Positions 60,133-64,000 of a stretch of 64,000 nucleotides of DNA are shown here, one piece after another. Source of the DNA: Kiritimatiellia bacterium (lineage in GTDB: Bacteria > Verrucomicrobiota > Kiritimatiellia > JAAZAB01); NCBI GenBank assembly GCA_040767085.1, contig JAXGPF010000006.1:307947-371946 (forward strand). The letters run 5' to 3'. Numbering within the stretch: position 1 is the first letter of the stretch; each line of letters opens with the position of its first letter. A model generated the notes under the pieces. The model had not been told where the DNA came from. It ran no database searches and saw only the letters and a list, made by a program, of their open reading frames with translations. Made by a program: the position numbers and the translations under genes.

Positions 60133-61296
60133 GTGGGACTGAACAAAAAAGAAAAACTGGAAAAGTACTTCCTGGACTTGATCCACAACCGCCGGCCAGG
60201 GCGCCGCGCCGACGCGTTGCGCACAGTCCTGCGGCAATTGTCCCGGATTTACGCCGGCATCATTGCCGCCTGGAATTTTCTCTATGAAAAGGGCATCTTC
60301 CGCCATCACACCCTGGGATGCCAGGTCATCAGCATCGGCAACCTGACGGTCGGCGGCACGGGCAAGACGCCGATCGTGGAGATTTTCGCCCGCGCCCTCC
60401 AGCAGGAAGGCCGGCGGGTGGCCATCCTCAGCCGCGGTTATAAAAAAGTCGAACACAGTTTCTGGAAGAAGAATCTCGATAAAATCACCGGCCGGGCGCG
60501 GCGCCGGCCGCCGCGGGTGGTTTCCGACGGCAAATCCCTGCTGCTGGACGCCGCACGCAGCGGCGATGAGCCTTACATGCTGGCCTCCAACCTGCCGGAA
60601 GTGGCGGTGGTGGTGGACAAGGACCGCGTCAAGAGCGGACGCTATGCCATCGACAAGCTCAAATGCGACACGCTGGTGCTGGATGACGGCTTTCAATACC
60701 GCGCGCTCAAGCATCGCGTGGAAATCGTGCTGGTGGATTCCACCAACCCGTTCAGCAACGGCCATATCCTGCCGCGCGGACTCCTGCGCGAACCGGTGGC
60801 CAACATCCGCCGCGCGGACTTCATCTTCATCACCAAGTCGCCGGACGTCGAACAAGCCGAATTGAAGGCCCGGCTGCGCCTGCTCAACCCGCGGGCGGAA
60901 ATTTCCGTCTGCGCCCACCAGCCGCTCTACCTCCAGAATGTCTATTCCGGCGAACGCCTGCCCCTGGAGTGGTTGCAAACGCGGCGGCTGGCGACGGTCG
61001 CCGGCATTGCCATCCCGGACGGCTTCGAAAACGAAATCCGGCGGCAAGGCGGGCAGTTGGTGTATTGCAAACGCTTCGCCGACCATCACCGCTACACCCA
61101 GCAGGAAGTCATCGATTTAATTAACAAGGCCCGCGGACGCGGCGCCAGCGCCATCATCACCACCGAAAAGGACGCCGTGCGTTTGCCCAAAGTCCAGCGG
61201 GTGGATGTGCCGCTGTACTTCCTGCGGGTAGAAATCAAGCTGCTGAGCGGCGCCGAGGATTTTCATGCATGCATCTCGCGCATTTGTTTCCGCTGA
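60133..61296 (+). CDS. lpxK: Tetraacyldisaccharide 4'-kinase
   Basis: IGNLTVGGTGKTP, LSRGY, GDEP, LDDGFQ, LPRGLLRE, F.DHH, TTEKDAVR. Start uncertain (GTG 60133 chosen). Confidence 0.95.
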   Translation: MGLNKKEKLEKYFLDLIHNRRPGRRADALRTVLRQLSRIYAGIIAAWNFLYEKGIFRHHTLGCQVISIGNLTVGGTGKTPIVEIFARALQQEGRRVAILSRGYKKVEHSFWKKNLDKITGRARRRPPRVVSDGKSLLLDAARSGDEPYMLASNLPEVAVVVDKDRVKSGRYAIDKLKCDTLVLDDGFQYRALKHRVEIVLVDSTNPFSNGHILPRGLLREPVANIRRADFIFITKSPDVEQAELKARLRLLNPRAEISVCAHQPLYLQNVYSGERLPLEWLQTRRLATVAGIAIPDGFENEIRRQGGQLVYCKRFADHHRYTQQEVIDLINKARGRGASAIITTEKDAVRLPKVQRVDVPLYFLRVEIKLLSGAEDFHACISRICFR

Positions 61297-62305
61297 AACA
61301 CCCGGAACGGCCAGCGCCGAAACCGTCTTGATCATCGGCGTTAACTGGCTGGGCGACAGCATCATGGCCATGCCGGCGCTGCAAAGTTTCCACCGCCGCC
61401 GCCCGGACGCCCGGCTGGTGATGGCGGTGCGGCCGCCCCTGGCGCCGCTGTGGCGGATGCATCCGGAAGTCGCCGAAGTATGGCCCTGCTCCGGCGCCCT
61501 GCCTGAACTCCGGCAACTGGTCCGGACGCTCCGCCGCGATCGGCCGGCCGCCGCTTATATCTGGCCGCGTTCGTTCCGCGCCGCCCTGGCGCCCTGGCTG
61601 GCCGGCATACCGCGGCGTTACGGTCTGCCCGGCCATTGCCGCGATTGGATGCTGACGGACGTCATTCCGCCGCCGGCGGATGCACGCCGGCACCAGGCTT
61701 TCGAATACCTGAACCTGATGGGCGATGCCGCCGCGGCAATCGAGCCGCCGGTTTTGCAGCCGCCAGCCGGCCTGCAACAACAATGGCGGACGCAACTGCA
61801 GGCGGCCGGCGCCGCCGCATGGGTGGCGCTGCTGCCCGGGGCGGCCTTCGGACCGGCCAAGCGCTGGCCGGCCGAGCGGTTTGCCGCCGTCGGCCGGCGC
61901 CTGCAACGGGAATTATCGGCCGGCGTGGCGGTGCTGGGCGCCGCGGCGGAACGGGATTTGTGCAAGCAGGTTGCGGATCAAATTGGCGGCGCCGCGCTCA
62001 GCCTGGCCGGCCAAACCTCGTTGACGGACCTCGCGGCCATCCTCTCCGTCTGCCGGCTGGCCGTGACCAACGACAGCGGCGGCATGCATCTCGCCGCCGC
62101 CGTGCATATTCCGGTGGTGGCTGTCTTCGGCATCACCAATCCGGACCAGACCGGCCCGCTTGGCCCGCGCGTCTGCGTGCTGCAGAACAGTTCATTCCGC
62201 GCCCGCGACTTTAAACCTCAAATCCATCAGGCCGCCGCGGCACTCGCCGCCATCACGCCCGAACAGGTCGCCGACGCCGCCTTGCGCCTCGCGGCGGCCG
62301 GCTGA
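61265..62305 (+). CDS. waaF: Lipopolysaccharide heptosyltransferase II (GT9)
   Basis: NWLGD.IMA.P, PGAAFGPAKRWP, LAGQTSL, TNDSGGMHLAAA. Confidence 0.9.
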   Translation: MHASRAFVSAETPGTASAETVLIIGVNWLGDSIMAMPALQSFHRRRPDARLVMAVRPPLAPLWRMHPEVAEVWPCSGALPELRQLVRTLRRDRPAAAYIWPRSFRAALAPWLAGIPRRYGLPGHCRDWMLTDVIPPPADARRHQAFEYLNLMGDAAAAIEPPVLQPPAGLQQQWRTQLQAAGAAAWVALLPGAAFGPAKRWPAERFAAVGRRLQRELSAGVAVLGAAAERDLCKQVADQIGGAALSLAGQTSLTDLAAILSVCRLAVTNDSGGMHLAAAVHIPVVAVFGITNPDQTGPLGPRVCVLQNSSFRARDFKPQIHQAAAALAAITPEQVADAALRLAAAG

Positions 62306-62351
62306 GCCTGCCCGCCGCCCCGGGATCAATCGCGCGGCAGGAAGGCAGGAA

Positions 62352-63152
62352 TCAAGGCGCCGTGGCGGGCGCCAGCACCAGGCGGAACCCGACCATCGAA
62401 TTTTTCTGTTCCGGGCGGGCGTAACTGCGGAAACCCAGCCGCATGATATCTTCCTCAAAGTTGTTCCAGCCGCCGCCGCGCAGGACGCGGTAACGCCGGG
62501 AATCGTCCAGCCAGTTGACGCACCACTCCCAGACGTTGCCGCCTACCCCGTAAAGGCCCCAGGCATTGCGCCCGCTGGATTCCACAGGGGCGCTGACAAT
62601 AAACCCGTCGTTATGCCCGGAGATGTAATACGTATCCTCGAAAACCATGTAAAACGCGCCCATGCCTTCCTCGCCCCGGTAATTCCAATCGTTGGGCGGC
62701 GGCCAGCGATTGCCCCAGGGGTAAACCCGGCGCGCGCCGGCCGCGGCGTAAACGGACCACTCCTGCTCCGTCGGCAGCCGGAAAGCAAACCCCGGCGGCA
62801 TTTGCTGCTGGAAATTGCGGTTCAGCCAGCCGGCGTAGTTGCCGGCATCTTCCCAGGAGACTTCCACCGCCGGCTGGCGCACATCAGCCAGGCTGTTGTT
62901 GTAATATGCCGTGGGCTTGTGCGCCAGGTCGTACCGCCGGTACTGGCCGTTCGTGACTTCGTAACGCCCCACCCAGATGCCCGCCGCGCCGATCCAGACC
63001 ATCTCGAGCTGCTCGTCATCGCCCAGGTTCAAACGCCAGATCTGGCCCGGCGCCGGGAGATGCGCCGGGCGCGGTGCGGGCGCGGCATATCCGCGCCAGG
63101 CGCCGCCCGCCAGCAAGCCAACCGCCAGAACTATCCGCCAGTAAATCCGCAT
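62352..63152 (-). CDS. FGE-sulfatase (SUMF1/EgtB-like) domain exported protein
   Basis: Signal peptide; YEVTN.QY, VSWEDA, RLPTEQEW, NAWGLY...GNVWEW, RGGGW, GFRLV. No FGE catalytic Cys pair. Confidence 0.88.
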   Translation of the reverse strand: MRIYWRIVLAVGLLAGGAWRGYAAPAPRPAHLPAPGQIWRLNLGDDEQLEMVWIGAAGIWVGRYEVTNGQYRRYDLAHKPTAYYNNSLADVRQPAVEVSWEDAGNYAGWLNRNFQQQMPPGFAFRLPTEQEWSVYAAAGARRVYPWGNRWPPPNDWNYRGEEGMGAFYMVFEDTYYISGHNDGFIVSAPVESSGRNAWGLYGVGGNVWEWCVNWLDDSRRYRVLRGGGWNNFEEDIMRLGFRSYARPEQKNSMVGFRLVLAPATAP

Positions 63153-63354
63153 GTATCGCCCCTTGCCTTCCTGCCGGCATGGCGCCATTATCCCGCTCAG
63201 AAAGCCCGCCGGCCATGGGAGCAAGCTTGCCACAACCGGCAGCCGGTGTCAACCGCGGGCTGGCGCTTTCAAGCACGGGTTACGGCGCCGTCGCGCGCAA
63301 GTGACGTACGGTTCCGCCGGTTGTTCGGTTTGTGTCTTTTACCTGAAGCCGTGA

Positions 63355-63475
63355 TGAGGCCAGGATGCCGCATCCCGCTGGAAGCGGGACAAGCTGCAAG
63401 TTTATCCCGCAGAGCGGGATTTATCCCGCGAAGCGGGATCCTTCGCAACAAAGCAGATGCGGCATAATGGCCTCA
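63355..63475. repeat. Inverted-repeat element containing three ATCCCGC/GCGGGA hairpins
   Basis: Arms 63355-63374 and 63456-63475 match 18/20; internal hairpins start at 63372, 63404 and 63423. Confidence 0.75.
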
Positions 63476-63504
63476 CCCAGGGCTCCGTCATTTCAGGCAA
63501 AAGA

Positions 63505-63579
63505 CGGCTCGGTCGGAGACCTCGCCCTACCATTTCATAAGCATTTGCCATGGGTAGGGCGAGACCTCCGGGCGAGCCG
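63505..63579. repeat. Inverted REP doublet (GTAG family, REPIN-like)
   Basis: cggctcggtcggagacctcgccctacc (63505-31) and ggtagggcgagacctccgggcgagccg (63553-79) are near reverse complements. Confidence 0.75.
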
Positions 63580-63852
63580 ATGAGCATGACGCACCGCGTG
63601 GCCTCACCCGCAGGGCGGTCTTCCCCGTCAAACAGAGCTGTGCATTTTTGGTGATATTGCAAAACACCATATTTTGAAAGCAACTCAGTAGCATCCCATA
63701 GACAACCGCTTGATTATCTCACAAAGCCGCAAAGAAAATGCGGGTGTTTTACCACGGAACTTTTTTATCCACAGATTACGCAGATTTTCGGCCACAAAGA
63801 AGATGGGGATTGTTTACCACAGAGACGAATGAGCGGATGGAGGGATTGGCCA

Positions 63853-63987
63853 TCCGCCTTCGCTCGGATGCTATGGCGGACACAGCCCGTTTTCGCTCAA
63901 GCTACGGCGGGCAAGCATAGGCACAGAAAAGAGCGTGGTAGATGTAATGAAATTGAATGGGAAGCCGCGCTGTCCGCTAGGCGGACA
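63853..63987. repeat. Cluster of short REP-like hairpins (CCGCC-TTCGCT...GCTA-GGCGG family)
   Basis: tccgccttcgctcggatgctatggcgga (63853-80), gcccgttttcgctcaagctacggcgggc (63885-912), tgtccgctaggcggaca (63971-87). Confidence 0.65.
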
Positions 63988-64000
63988 TGGATCGGCTGAC

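Noticed and set aside
62352-62520. FGE/C-type-lectin C-terminus as a DGR variable region
   Set aside because: No matching template repeat or reverse transcriptase in the window. A remote DGR cannot be excluded without the genome.
63372-63439. Possible mini-CRISPR array
   Set aside because: Repeats are ~17-19 nt with gaps of only 2-14 nt, and no cas genes are in the window.

Overview
GC-rich bacterial chromosomal window from an LPS-producing (diderm) organism. The gene style suggests the PVC superphylum, probably Kiritimatiellia or Lentisphaeria (inference, not verified). 1-6 kb: a cluster of type IV pilin-like genes that looks like two tandem PilV/PilW/PilX-type sets, including a ~695-aa pilin with nested inserted domains. 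6-9.5 kb (minus strand): an operon encoding an NDH-2-like flavoprotein, DoxX, a MenA-like prenyltransferase and a polyprenyl synthase. 10-22.7 kb: an accessory glycan-processing locus (Zn-phospholipase C/S1-like protein with a carbohydrate-binding module, beta-helix proteins, GHL10-like hydrolase, GH28, UroD/MtaA-family protein, GH2). The rest is mostly housekeeping: waaA-purD-purE, copA, a stand-alone fusA, eno-ftsB, GT3 glycogen synthase, a hybrid kinase, thrS-infC (AUU start), nrdR-ribBA-ribH-nusB-ribD, fabG-acpP-fabF-lpxK-waaF. Two peptidase homologues have lost their catalytic motifs, several proteins are unusual domain fusions, and intergenic spacers carry several REP/MITE-like palindromic repeat families. 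I saw no rRNA, tRNA, CRISPR array, integrase or transposase. All calls come from reading motifs by eye; no database search was run.
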